A stretch of 64,000 nt of DNA from positions 868,001 through 932,000 of the forward strand of contig JAUFOR010000004.1 in NCBI GenBank assembly GCA_040285745.1. The letters run 5' to 3'. Each line of letters begins with the position of its first letter. The first letter of the stretch is position 1. This DNA is from Barthelona sp. PCE (taxonomy: Eukaryota). Shown here in pieces: positions 9,988 to 20,600 of this stretch. A program made the translations under genes and the position numbers. The notes beneath the pieces were generated by a model. The model was not told the DNA's origin, ran no database searches, and saw nothing but the letters and a program-made list of their open reading frames with translations.

Positions 9988-11010
9988 TTACTTGTTAAGC
10001 TGTTTTGCCATAACTGCGATAAGAACCACTAACAGAATGAAAATCATAATGATATTACGCTCCCTACCCTTTTTAGTCACCTGCTTTAAAGCGAATAGAT
10101 TAAATGTATTATCCCATCCAGTTGTAAGCACTGTTTTGGATTCGGGAGACACTGCGACTGAAGTAACGATGGAGTGGATGTTTTCGATGGCCTTGAATGC
10201 GTTCTTTGTCCTAAGATCAAACGCAGTCAATGAATTAGCACTGTTTGCGCTCACCATAAGATTGGAATCCTCAACAACAGTGAAACTAGAGTGCCCAACG
10301 TTCTTAGTGTATACTCTGTGGAAGTTGGTGAGTACCCGGTGCGTTTGAGTGTCTATTTTCAAAAAGAAATAACCACCTGATACGTCCCTATCCATTATGC
10401 TCACGCCGAAGATAAAAACGTCATAATATAGACGAATATCCTTGAACTTCCCCTGTGGGCACTCCTTAAGCTTGAAACGAAAAGGGGAGTCGAGCTTTCC
10501 TAGGGAAACAACAGCTGCTGCACACCCACGAGTGGCAATTGCAAGAAGGTTTTGCGCAGAGTTATACTCCAGACCGGAGATAGCGTCCTGGAAATTCATC
10601 TTACGCGTTCCATCGCAGTACACATTGCCCTTGACATCACCGTAGAAAAGCTGGTCAGCACGATTGCAATACTTAACTGCTTTAACCAGACAAGTGGCAT
10701 TGTGAATTGTTTCCTCCTCCAAGCACTCGTTTTCGGCGTCAAACCTGTAAACAACCACAGAATCTCCAACTCCAATGAATAATTTGGAGGAATCACTATC
10801 AAAATCTATGCAGTATGATGCTTTGTCTTTGAGATCAAGGGTAAAGCACTCTCTGACCTCGTTTGTCTCGTTATCGAACGCATACATCACACAATGATTC
10901 GGAACTCCATGATCTCCGGAACCTCCCCCACCAGCAACAATAAATATATTGTCAGTCAGCCAAACACTGGCCATGATCGGAAAATTGACTCTTGACTTAT
11001 GGATTTCCAT
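9988..11010 (-). CDS. SEC12: Sec12/PREB-like WD40 guanine-nucleotide exchange factor for Sar1
   Basis: K-loop VAGGGGSGDHGVPN, WD repeats (VTSVAVSPESKTVLTTGWDNT) and a C-terminal TM helix. Confidence 0.88.
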   Translation of the reverse strand: MEIHKSRVNFPIMASVWLTDNIFIVAGGGGSGDHGVPNHCVMYAFDNETNEVRECFTLDLKDKASYCIDFDSDSSKLFIGVGDSVVVYRFDAENECLEEETIHNATCLVKAVKYCNRADQLFYGDVKGNVYCDGTRKMNFQDAISGLEYNSAQNLLAIATRGCAAAVVSLGKLDSPFRFKLKECPQGKFKDIRLYYDVFIFGVSIMDRDVSGGYFFLKIDTQTHRVLTNFHRVYTKNVGHSSFTVVEDSNLMVSANSANSLTAFDLRTKNAFKAIENIHSIVTSVAVSPESKTVLTTGWDNTFNLFALKQVTKKGRERNIIMIFILLVVLIAVMAKQLNK

Positions 11011-11092
11011 ATTGAAAGAGAAAAAAGAATGATTACAAAAAAAATGTTGCGTTTACTGAAATTTAACCTTTTCTATCCTTCAATTTTGTATC

Positions 11093-13852
11093 ATGAAGAA
11101 AGAACAGCAAGATGGGACGAAGGGGGACGATGAATTCAGCATGAATATTAAAGTTCGAAGTCACATACAGAATTTAAACGGTGAATCCTGTAATATTTCC
11201 GTTGTTTGCGCAGGACACGGTATCACCGACGAAACAGAGGACATATTAGTTGAACCAGAAGCATTTTTTGACAACACACACACATTTTCTGCATTTCCCA
11301 AATACACAAGCAATGTTTTTGCTGCAATTGACACTCTGACACTCAATCTCTCGCTAACCACAGATTTACAGGCGTCATCAACACCAGTGACCACACCCAC
11401 AGCAGGAAAGAGAACAGGTAAAGACAAAAAAGGATCAAAGGGAGACAGGTTGTCAATATTCCAAGAGGATATCAGCATTGACTTCATTTTATGCAACATC
11501 AAACGACGTGAGTTCTCCTTCCGGGTGGAAACACAAAACTTCGTTGGTTCAATCGATGTATGTATAATCTGTAACGAGTTTGTCCCGAGCGATGAGCTGC
11601 TGCGTGTGCGCCCCGTTGGCCTAGTGCTTAACCAGATTGAGGGGCTGCATCAGATGGTTGAGAATTGCAAACACCCGTTCATCAGACTCGTTGGTCCAAG
11701 CGGTTTTATCCAACGCGATTACTCGCCGAATATGTTTCTCATGCTGACCCTCGAGGACATGAAACCGGCAGATCTGCTGCAATACACGCGAGAGGGCGTC
11801 ATCAGGATCGAGGTGCACTCACTAGACCGAAAAAGACGTGGAGTAGAGGATAGTGAGTACAAGATCAAAATTTCATCGCTTGAGGAGTATGAGACTTACC
11901 TCAAAGCAAAGCAACCTGACCAGTTTTGTTATGTGGACGTTCCTCTTTGTGAGTTTCAGAATGTGAACACCAACTCAATCAATGTTTCTGTTCTTCCAGG
12001 AAGTTTCGAGCGCTTCTTTGTTGAAGACATCCGAAACGAGGTACGAACGCATGTCTTGATGCAACTGCGTGAGAAAGATAAGCCTGTGGCCAAGAAGGAC
12101 AAGAAGGGTAAGAAACAACAGCCTGTCCAGGAGCAGGTTGAACGGCCAAAGAGCTCGTTTGCATTCGTGGAGAATGAGGTGAAAAGACTGTGTGAAGAAC
12201 TATCACAAACCGTTGTCTCATTTGCAAACTACGACACGTCATTGGATTTCGATTTCGTTCTTCCGTTCCGCCCAGCAGACCTGACTAACGAAGAGTACGT
12301 CATGTTCGGGCGTCTCTTCTTCATAATGGACTACAATGAGTGTAGACTGCTTGAGTTGGTCTTGGACTGGATCACGGATCAGAACGCAGAGTCGCTCGAC
12401 TGTAGCATCGCCATGCTCACCGCAGCAAAGCTAACAGCCGATCAAAAGACATCAGGTGTCTCGATCGTAACAGGATTCCACGTCACTGACAAAAAGGTGC
12501 GCTACCTAATGTTGGAGGCTCCTCAAGTCATACTCACTGAGCTGCTGGAAGATCTGGACGAGATGATTAAGCAGGTCCGTGCTGACTTTGGCCTGCACGA
12601 GTACTCACGTGTGGTGTTGATTGAGCCACGTACGATATACAACTCAAAGCTGGCTTGGCGCCACCGGCTCTTTCCAGACCGCGACCTTTCATTCCATCCG
12701 CTTGTGCTAAAGACAGACATATTCACAATGGTTAAGGGGATGAACGTGCATTTTGACCATTTGTGCTTCAGTGCACTTGGTAAGTTGTTGGTGCTGCTTA
12801 AGGTTAGGAATTTGCTACAAGTTGACACCTCACAGTGCTTTCTTACATCTGCTGAGTTGGAGACGCTCGAGAGGTACTGCGGAGGTTCTGTTAGTGAAGC
12901 TGATATCATAGGTCAAGAATGGGAAACCTTGGTGGCTCACAACCCTCCTGAAGAGATAAAGGTGACGAAGGAGGAGGCAAAGAAGCGCGTCGTTGAGGCC
13001 CGTCGTCGTGCCAGATCAAGGCTTGATCACGATAACACCGAGTACGCAAACACGATTTACTACCGCGCCTTCTCCACTCCTCACGATTTCATCACAGAGA
13101 ATATCCTCAATGTTGCGACGCACGGAAAGACAAAGCGTCAGATCATCAGGGATCGCATGCCAGCACACGTTCTTGCAGCACTTGAAGAGGAGGCCGCTCG
13201 AGGTCACGTATATTCAGGTATGACTAGCACAGGTTATTTGAACGAGCTGGCTTCGATGGACATTGAAGAGCTGTCAAAGGGCAGGCCCAAAGAAGAAGTT
13301 GGAGAAAAGAAAAAACCAAATTTTGTAACATATACTGTACGCAGTACTGTAGAGAAGAGGAGATTGAAGAATGATCTTTCTGACTACCGCAAGGCTGAAC
13401 TTAATGAACCATGGGACGAACCAAAGCTCAAGGTGCACAGTGATGCACATAAGGGTAAACCGTTTTTGACACGTGTGAAGTGTGACGATTACTTTGGTGG
13501 AAAAGACGAAATGAAATCTGTGTTTATTGATTCTCAGAACGTGGAGAAAAAGGAACAGGTCCAGAGTCCGATGCAAATACACGATAAACCGTTTATGGGA
13601 TGCGGAAACCCGCCTAAGAATGGACCATTGTTATGGGATAAGCCCCAGAAGAAGGGGCTGACCATTATTAAGGGTAAACCCGCTATAGACGAGGCTGAAC
13701 TGCAGAAATCAATCCACATTGAAAATTCTTACTCTATTTACGACGTCTATCCTGAGTTACTCTTTGCACGTCCTGTTTATGAAGAGAATGATAAGGGTGA
13801 ATCCTTTGACACAACAATTGTATTTAACAAAACAAAGAGCTATATGAAGTAA
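11093..13852 (+). CDS. CFAP92: Cilia/flagella-associated protein, CFAP92/FAP92-like
   Basis: FGRLFFIMDY, IVTGFHVTDKKVRYLMLE and IYNSKLAWRHRLF resemble conserved CFAP92 blocks as recalled. Confidence 0.65.
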   Translation: MKKEQQDGTKGDDEFSMNIKVRSHIQNLNGESCNISVVCAGHGITDETEDILVEPEAFFDNTHTFSAFPKYTSNVFAAIDTLTLNLSLTTDLQASSTPVTTPTAGKRTGKDKKGSKGDRLSIFQEDISIDFILCNIKRREFSFRVETQNFVGSIDVCIICNEFVPSDELLRVRPVGLVLNQIEGLHQMVENCKHPFIRLVGPSGFIQRDYSPNMFLMLTLEDMKPADLLQYTREGVIRIEVHSLDRKRRGVEDSEYKIKISSLEEYETYLKAKQPDQFCYVDVPLCEFQNVNTNSINVSVLPGSFERFFVEDIRNEVRTHVLMQLREKDKPVAKKDKKGKKQQPVQEQVERPKSSFAFVENEVKRLCEELSQTVVSFANYDTSLDFDFVLPFRPADLTNEEYVMFGRLFFIMDYNECRLLELVLDWITDQNAESLDCSIAMLTAAKLTADQKTSGVSIVTGFHVTDKKVRYLMLEAPQVILTELLEDLDEMIKQVRADFGLHEYSRVVLIEPRTIYNSKLAWRHRLFPDRDLSFHPLVLKTDIFTMVKGMNVHFDHLCFSALGKLLVLLKVRNLLQVDTSQCFLTSAELETLERYCGGSVSEADIIGQEWETLVAHNPPEEIKVTKEEAKKRVVEARRRARSRLDHDNTEYANTIYYRAFSTPHDFITENILNVATHGKTKRQIIRDRMPAHVLAALEEEAARGHVYSGMTSTGYLNELASMDIEELSKGRPKEEVGEKKKPNFVTYTVRSTVEKRRLKNDLSDYRKAELNEPWDEPKLKVHSDAHKGKPFLTRVKCDDYFGGKDEMKSVFIDSQNVEKKEQVQSPMQIHDKPFMGCGNPPKNGPLLWDKPQKKGLTIIKGKPAIDEAELQKSIHIENSYSIYDVYPELLFARPVYEENDKGESFDTTIVFNKTKSYMK

Positions 13853-13918
13853 ACAAAAATTTTTTTGTTTTTACATTTTTATTCCTTTATGCTTGTGAAC
13901 ATAGGTTGATTTGGGGAC

Positions 13919-14434
13919 ATGAATGATGTTACTAGAAGAATAGATGGATTATCTAATCAACAAACACAAATATGCCAAAAGATGAATGTATTGAATGAGT
14001 TAGCGGTATCTATATCGTCAAATGCAAGGAAAGCGCTTCCAGGGCTCGAAAAATCGGTGGATATATTCAGAAAAACGTACGAATTAAGCGAAATTTTTGA
14101 GGAAATGGATAAACAATTTCAACTGCAAAAAGCTGATATCACAGATATATTCCGCATAATACACCAGATAGAAGCAATTGGGCTTCCAGAATTCGATCCA
14201 ACAAGAGATTATAAGAATTTTTCTAGGTTAGATACCATTATATTGTCTAAATTAGATAATCTTGTGGGCGTTAGACAGAAAATAGAGTTGAGAAAGCAAG
14301 TTTTATCTCCTAAACGTAACACAACAGAGATTAATGCGGATTGGTTGGATAATACAGATAGTATTAAAAACACAGTGCAGGATCTCATGAAGAACGAGTT
14401 TGAGGATTTAAACGATTTCCTTAACGACGAATAG
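13919..14434 (+). CDS. Small coiled-coil hypothetical protein
   Basis: 171-aa helical ORF; TGTAAA just after the stop. Confidence 0.7.
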   Translation: MNDVTRRIDGLSNQQTQICQKMNVLNELAVSISSNARKALPGLEKSVDIFRKTYELSEIFEEMDKQFQLQKADITDIFRIIHQIEAIGLPEFDPTRDYKNFSRLDTIILSKLDNLVGVRQKIELRKQVLSPKRNTTEINADWLDNTDSIKNTVQDLMKNEFEDLNDFLNDE

Positions 14435-14477
14435 TTGTAAATAGCAGTTGTATTTTCTTATTCTTCCAATATCACAG

Positions 14478-15785
14478 ATGGAACCGATTTCCAAAGAAAA
14501 TGTAAGGGAAAAGCCGGCACAAAGGGGTATTTTGGATGATTTATTGAAGGAAGAGCAAAAATTGTTGGATGACTGTCTTTTTTACGAAGCAAATGGGAAA
14601 TATCATCATAAAACCACACGAAAGATTGTTAAGAGTATGCCTGCAGAACTGGCACGTATTTATGAGCATATTGCACGACGTAAAGAAAATGATGAAGTTG
14701 TGAAGGAAGACAATAAGCTCAAAAGTCAACGTGTTGAAGAAATACGGACAAGCTTAATCGAAAAGGGAAAGCAGGGAGAAGCAATGTACACAAATATTAA
14801 GCATATGCATCGGAAAAAAATTTTCTTTTCTCTCCTCACTGAGAAGTGTATTTTAAAAGATATGAACTTAGTTACTGTTGTTGATCTCATCGTTGATGAT
14901 AACAGATACTATGCTGTCCAATCTTTTGAAGAACGGGCTGCTTACATCAAGGAATTCCAACGTTATAATGCTTCAACAACTCATGACACCGTTTCGAATG
15001 ATGCCATGCTGCCATTTCAGCAATTTTTGGAGAAATTTGAGGATATTATTACAGAAAGTTTGAGCTTTGAAGAATTTTCTTCAAAGTTTTTACAAAACAC
15101 TATATTTCCACGATATTACGATCAGAAATCGTTGGCAAATCACTACAAATATTTCCGAAAGCAGTTATTGGAGAAAGAAACGTTCTCTCTAAAGTATCAA
15201 AGCCACAAACAGGCAAAGGCTCTGTACAAAAAAGTGAGTATGATTGGTTTTACATTCCCAACAGATCATGTCATTGATTTTGCTCGCTTCATTAGCCTGC
15301 TCAAGAAGAACACAAACATAGAACAATTGATAAGAGATCAAGTGCCCAAAAACAATGAAGACATAATCGAAGCTTATATATTCAAACTTTTCTTTACGAA
15401 TCATGTTTATTTCAGGAAGCTGCGGCTAACAGAAACGATGAACTATCGCAATAGTATCAACAGGATAAGGTTTGTTAATATTTTAGATAAAAACTATAAA
15501 GAATTACAGAGAATCCATCCAGCAAAACCTTTGAACGAGGTACGGCTTGCTATTGGGCAGAAAAGCGGCATGTTTCCTCTCAATGATGCAATTTTATACC
15601 GTCATTGGTGCGATGTTCAGTCGCAGATCAGTTTAAATATGGTAAAGGGTATCCCTGGAGATACTGCTGATGTAATTGAGCAGAGACTAAGAAAGCTGCA
15701 TCCGAGTCTTCCAAACACCATAGTATGGCATACAATGCATCTTTGGCAACAACGCAACGCAAAAAAGATACAAAAGACTCAATAA
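14478..15785 (+). CDS. Divergent Prp40-like FF-domain protein (U1 snRNP factor)
   Basis: FF-like VVDLIVDDNRYYAVQSFEERAAYIKEF, preceded by a degenerate WW-like segment FYEANGKYHHKTTRKIVKSMPAEL. Confidence 0.5.
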   Translation: MEPISKENVREKPAQRGILDDLLKEEQKLLDDCLFYEANGKYHHKTTRKIVKSMPAELARIYEHIARRKENDEVVKEDNKLKSQRVEEIRTSLIEKGKQGEAMYTNIKHMHRKKIFFSLLTEKCILKDMNLVTVVDLIVDDNRYYAVQSFEERAAYIKEFQRYNASTTHDTVSNDAMLPFQQFLEKFEDIITESLSFEEFSSKFLQNTIFPRYYDQKSLANHYKYFRKQLLEKETFSLKYQSHKQAKALYKKVSMIGFTFPTDHVIDFARFISLLKKNTNIEQLIRDQVPKNNEDIIEAYIFKLFFTNHVYFRKLRLTETMNYRNSINRIRFVNILDKNYKELQRIHPAKPLNEVRLAIGQKSGMFPLNDAILYRHWCDVQSQISLNMVKGIPGDTADVIEQRLRKLHPSLPNTIVWHTMHLWQQRNAKKIQKTQ

Positions 15786-15933
15786 ATCACTATAGCTTTA
15801 TTCAAATGCTTATCTAGGTTGTTGTGGCACATTTAACTTGATTTAATCCTAGAAATGTAAGATACACCTCTTAGAATTTTGTTACAATAATTCTCACCCA
15901 TTTCTTGTACTATTAGGGAAGGGTTATCACATA

Positions 15934-17646
15934 ATGAACGCTTCGGTAAGTAGCGTTGATGATTTAGAGTCAGAAATGCCTCTAATGTTTTCTGCAAGCG
16001 ATTACAAAACGGATACTACACAAATACAACAGTCAGATGAAGAATCAGAGTCGGAAAATGAGAAGATGGGCAGAAGACCACCGATTGTACCATCATTATC
16101 AAGCAAACTTAAACTGTTGGGGCAAACACAAATAACTAATCAAACTTTCTCTTTACACTTTGATGTTCCGTTCAAAACAACGGAAAGGGTGCTGTCCATG
16201 ATCCCCCAATACCCATCAGATCGATTTTCAGCTGGAGACTTGTGGGCAGACAGCGATCGAACTCAAATTAATTTAGAAAAGCTCCAAAACGGTCTGGAAT
16301 TGGAGTACAGGTTACACCCAGAGGACTGTCTGCGCATCATCGAACTGGCAATGGAGAAGTTCAAAAAGGAGCCGAACGTCCTAACAGCTAAAGGAAATGC
16401 GGTCGTTATAGGATCATTATACTCGCAGTTTTACGACTTTGTTCAAATTCTAAGGAACGGGAAGCATCCGGCGACCACACAATTCATTGTGTTAGGTAAC
16501 ATTGTAGGCGGCAATGGATACTTTGGTACTGAGCTTCTTCTTATGCTTCTTGCTCTCAAGGTTATGCATCCGAAAACAACAATACTTCTTCGTGGAAAGG
16601 CTGAAAGTCGAATGCAGACTAGTTTCCAGCACTTTAAGAAGGAATGTTTGGTTAAGTACAATATAGCCGTGTATGATGCGTTTTGTGATGTTTTTGATTA
16701 TTTCCCGTTGGCCTGTGTCCTAGATAGGCGCTTTTTTTGCGTCTCGTCTGGTATTTCGCCGAAGGTTGAGAACGTCAAGGAACTCCTGGCCATCGATAGA
16801 GTAGAGGAGCCGCGTACACTTGAGGAGAATATTCTCCTCGACATAATTCGAGCAGAGCCTTCACAGGCCTCAACAGGGTTTGAAAAGCAGGACGTTTGTG
16901 AGTCCTACTTCTACGGCGTAGATGCAGTGTCGCAGTTTCTTGAAAACAACTCTCTTTTGTGTGTGATGCGAAGTGGTATGAATGACGACGGCTTTGTATT
17001 CGGAGAGCCTCATGTGTTCACACGTTTCCCAATGCTTATCTCCGTTCACAGTTGCTGTGACCACCCATTCACCGATCCAACCGGTCAAACGTTCGATGTC
17101 AACGTTGCAGGTTACATCGACTACAGTAATGAGACCATAACGCTCAACAAATTCACAATGGAGCCAGCCGCGCGCCCGTTCTGGCTGCCCGGTTTTGGCA
17201 ATCTGTTCGACCTGGCCAACAACTTTGTATTTCAAGAGATGGTATCAATATTAGCGTCACTTGCCAACGCAGCACTTCTTGCTCCGATCACAGCTGGCCG
17301 CAACTCACAGCGCAGCTCTCTTCGTAGTAATAGAGACAGAGAGAGGCTGCGACAGAAGGTGCTTGCAATGGGAAGAATGGCGGCAGCATTCAAACAGGAT
17401 CAAGAGATGCATTTTGGATTTGTAGGCCAGCTGCCCAATGTTCTAAAGCAGCGCAACGACTTTACAGAAATTGTAGACCTCGTAACGAGCAACGACCGTT
17501 CCAAGATGCTTCTTATGCAGTTTGTGAATAGTAACAGTGATAAGCTCAAAGACCCTAACCTCTTATCAATACTTCAGAACCCAGATGACCACGTGAACGT
17601 TGGACCAGTCAATGCAATGAAGATTTTGAAAAAAATGCAGAAATAA
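15934..17646 (+). CDS. Calcineurin A (PP2B)-like PPP protein, predicted catalytically inactive
   Basis: PPP scaffold plus CNB-binding-like PFWLPGFGNLF and calmodulin-binding-like RERLRQKVLAMGRMAAAF; metal-binding motifs are degenerate. Confidence 0.88.
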   Translation: MNASVSSVDDLESEMPLMFSASDYKTDTTQIQQSDEESESENEKMGRRPPIVPSLSSKLKLLGQTQITNQTFSLHFDVPFKTTERVLSMIPQYPSDRFSAGDLWADSDRTQINLEKLQNGLELEYRLHPEDCLRIIELAMEKFKKEPNVLTAKGNAVVIGSLYSQFYDFVQILRNGKHPATTQFIVLGNIVGGNGYFGTELLLMLLALKVMHPKTTILLRGKAESRMQTSFQHFKKECLVKYNIAVYDAFCDVFDYFPLACVLDRRFFCVSSGISPKVENVKELLAIDRVEEPRTLEENILLDIIRAEPSQASTGFEKQDVCESYFYGVDAVSQFLENNSLLCVMRSGMNDDGFVFGEPHVFTRFPMLISVHSCCDHPFTDPTGQTFDVNVAGYIDYSNETITLNKFTMEPAARPFWLPGFGNLFDLANNFVFQEMVSILASLANAALLAPITAGRNSQRSSLRSNRDRERLRQKVLAMGRMAAAFKQDQEMHFGFVGQLPNVLKQRNDFTEIVDLVTSNDRSKMLLMQFVNSNSDKLKDPNLLSILQNPDDHVNVGPVNAMKILKKMQK

Positions 17647-17652
17647 AACAAT

Positions 17653-20600
17653 TTATTTTTGATTGTTCTGATTAAAAATTCGATTAATCTGTCTCAGTCT
17701 GTTTCCAAAGAAGTCAACAGTCCACCACTCCTTAAGTTCGCCACCGGGCAATCCTGAAGGAAGAAGCTTGAACAAACGAGAAAAGTAAAGAACTACGTCT
17801 CTGATGACGTATCCCAGCTCACTGAAAGAGCACAGCATGTTATTCCTAAAGCAGCCAAGCTGAGATTCCTTATCGATAAGTGTTTTAACGTACTGAGGCG
17901 TTGAACTTGTCGTTCTGAACGATATGCGAAACGTTTGTTCAGGAACGATGACCTCAATGAAGATTTCAATCCATGTTACTGCTGAACTTACAACTATGGG
18001 CACTTTCTCTGCGTTAACATCCTCACTGCAATAAACAATCACAATGTTGTCATTTTCTATCTGCTTCCGAGCATCAAACACTTCAGGAAGGAGGAAAGGG
18101 ACGTGATAAGTGATCTGAGTAAGATCACTGAGGTGCATGAGCACGTAATCTGAGTATCTTGACCCATACATGTTCTCCATTTCATCTTCACGGTAAAACT
18201 CACCAAATTGCGAGATGGTCGCCAAGAATGGGTTTGATGTGCTCGACCGTTTGTAGATTTCGTTTGTAATCGGAATGGATGATAGATATAGGACACCGAC
18301 AGTATATATCTCCACAGTCCTTTGCTCATCAAGACGCTGCAGCGCATTTGCATTCATTTTGCTGTTCTTCAGCTGAACAAACTCGTCTGCACAAAGCATC
18401 TCGTACAACAAACTGGGTGACACGTGGCGAACATAACTAAACAAGGGTGCTGGGATGTTTGTGAGTTGAAGAGCGGCCACTGCAGGATTACGAGCAAGGA
18501 AGCGCTTCTTTGGACCATCATTAGTGGGTTTAAAGAGAAGAGGTTCCTCCATACACGCTGACATTGGTATGGCTTCCTTGACATCTAAAAACAACTCTTT
18601 ATGCTGCTTTTTGAAGAAAAACGACTTCTTATGGTTCTCCAACGATGGAGATGCCGTGATACTACCTCCCCGTGATACTGGAGCTGAATTAACAGTTTCT
18701 GCATGGGATATCATATTCAGAGGGAGATGCGGGTTCTTTGAGTTGAATGGCATCCTGGTTCCCGGCATAAACATTACACTTTGATTGGGAAACTCACGCT
18801 TGTTGGTGCTAAAGGGGTTTGCGCTCACTGGCCTATTGATTGGGACCGTGCTCACGTTGATTGGACTGTCTACATGGAATTCTGGGTTGTCAATGTCGCT
18901 CACAGCGAAACTAGAGTGCATGCTGTTCGTCTCTGATGCTGAGCGGACGTCAAAGTCGCTGTCTTCCTCATACATTGTGCTGTGTATCAGTAGTGCGTTA
19001 TCGCTGATATGGTGCGAGCGCTGCAATTGCTGAACGAGCTCGACTGTTGCAACGGACTTCTTGCGCTCAGTCGGCCGGCCGATAAAGTTAAGCATCTTTT
19101 TCTCTCTATCTAACTCCACCTGACACTCTGCATCAACTTTCCTTACCTCAACTCTCTTTTGCTCATGTGAAATCGCCTCAACCTCCAGCGAAGGGCTGGT
19201 GCTTGGCACTGGTGATATGGTGGGGGTACCCTGCCGAGTAATTGTGACACTGTGTGCCTCCATCTCCGCAAACGTCTTGAGACGCTCCTCAACTGAGGTC
19301 ATGATATTGGGAAACGATTCAGTTGAAAGCTCAACTCCTCCCAAAGAGTTGTCTCTGTCGGATCGCTCAACCACAGCCTCGCTCATAACGCCCAGAAAGT
19401 ATTCCACGCCGTCTGGCGAGGCCAGTGTGTCCCAGAACCGGCGCATCTCGGGGAGAGACGGCTCCTCGCATCGCATGTTGTTTAGCAAGCGCAGGGTGCC
19501 GAAACTAAGCCCGTGCATTCGACCAAAGACAAACTCCTCGGTCGCAAACGCTGTACGGCTGACCATAAGCACTGTGGCGTCGGTGCGGTCCACGATGATC
19601 GAGATCACTTTGTTCGGAGACGCGTAGTGCGAAATCAACCTAGTCTTTGCATTTCGACTTTCCGTCGGCAACTCGCTCAGTGAGACAAACTCCCCGGTAG
19701 GGAAGTCCGGGGTGGTGTCTTCATCGAAATAAGTAGCATAATCCAGTGATGGGTTGTATCTCTTATAGAAAACAGGCATCATTGAGTCGACGTATGTCGA
19801 AAAAAAAGACTTAAGCAGACCTGAAATGGGCCAGTTTGGCCTGAGTTGATCTGTAAAAACGCTAACACATTGTTTTCTCTCGATAGGTGTCATTTGAATA
19901 AATATTCTCAACTTCAACAGATAACAGCCGTACCCAACCACGCCCGGTCTACTCACCTCCTGTTCGGTCAGGTACGATATCAGCGGCACAAGAACCTCAT
20001 TGGAGGACAGGAACGCATAGACGCTCAGATTGTTCAGCTTCAGGCAGTCAAGGAGCAGCGATATGAACTTGTTTGCAAGGGGGACGGCGTGGTTGTATAT
20101 CATAATGAGGTTGTTGAGGACGAACTCCTTGAAAATTGAAAAGAACCGCTTCGTGTACATATTGAATACCTTCTTCATCTTCTTCTTATCCTTCATATCC
20201 TTCTTCTCCATCACATTCAGCTTCTTCAGCATGTACAATAACCATTTAAAGTAGTTCCTAAGCGACTTTAGCAGCAAAACTAGTGCGTTTTGCTTGAGGG
20301 TGACGTTGGAACGTTTTATGACACGTGTTAAAAATAAAAATATGTACTTGAAAAACTTCTCCAGCTGATCCTGCGGCATGGAACTAAGTAAATAATTGAA
20401 AAATCGAATGATATTGTTTTCGATCGTTGCAGTCAAAAACAGAGGTCTTCGTTTGTTTTTTCCTAAAAGTTCCTCCAAAAACGAAATTGTATACTTTCGC
20501 AGCTTTTCATTCATGTAAAACCGCTGATTCCGCAGTAGCAGTTGATTAAGAAGAGTTACAAATGCATTTGCGCGCTCGTTGATCAAATTCAACGAATATA

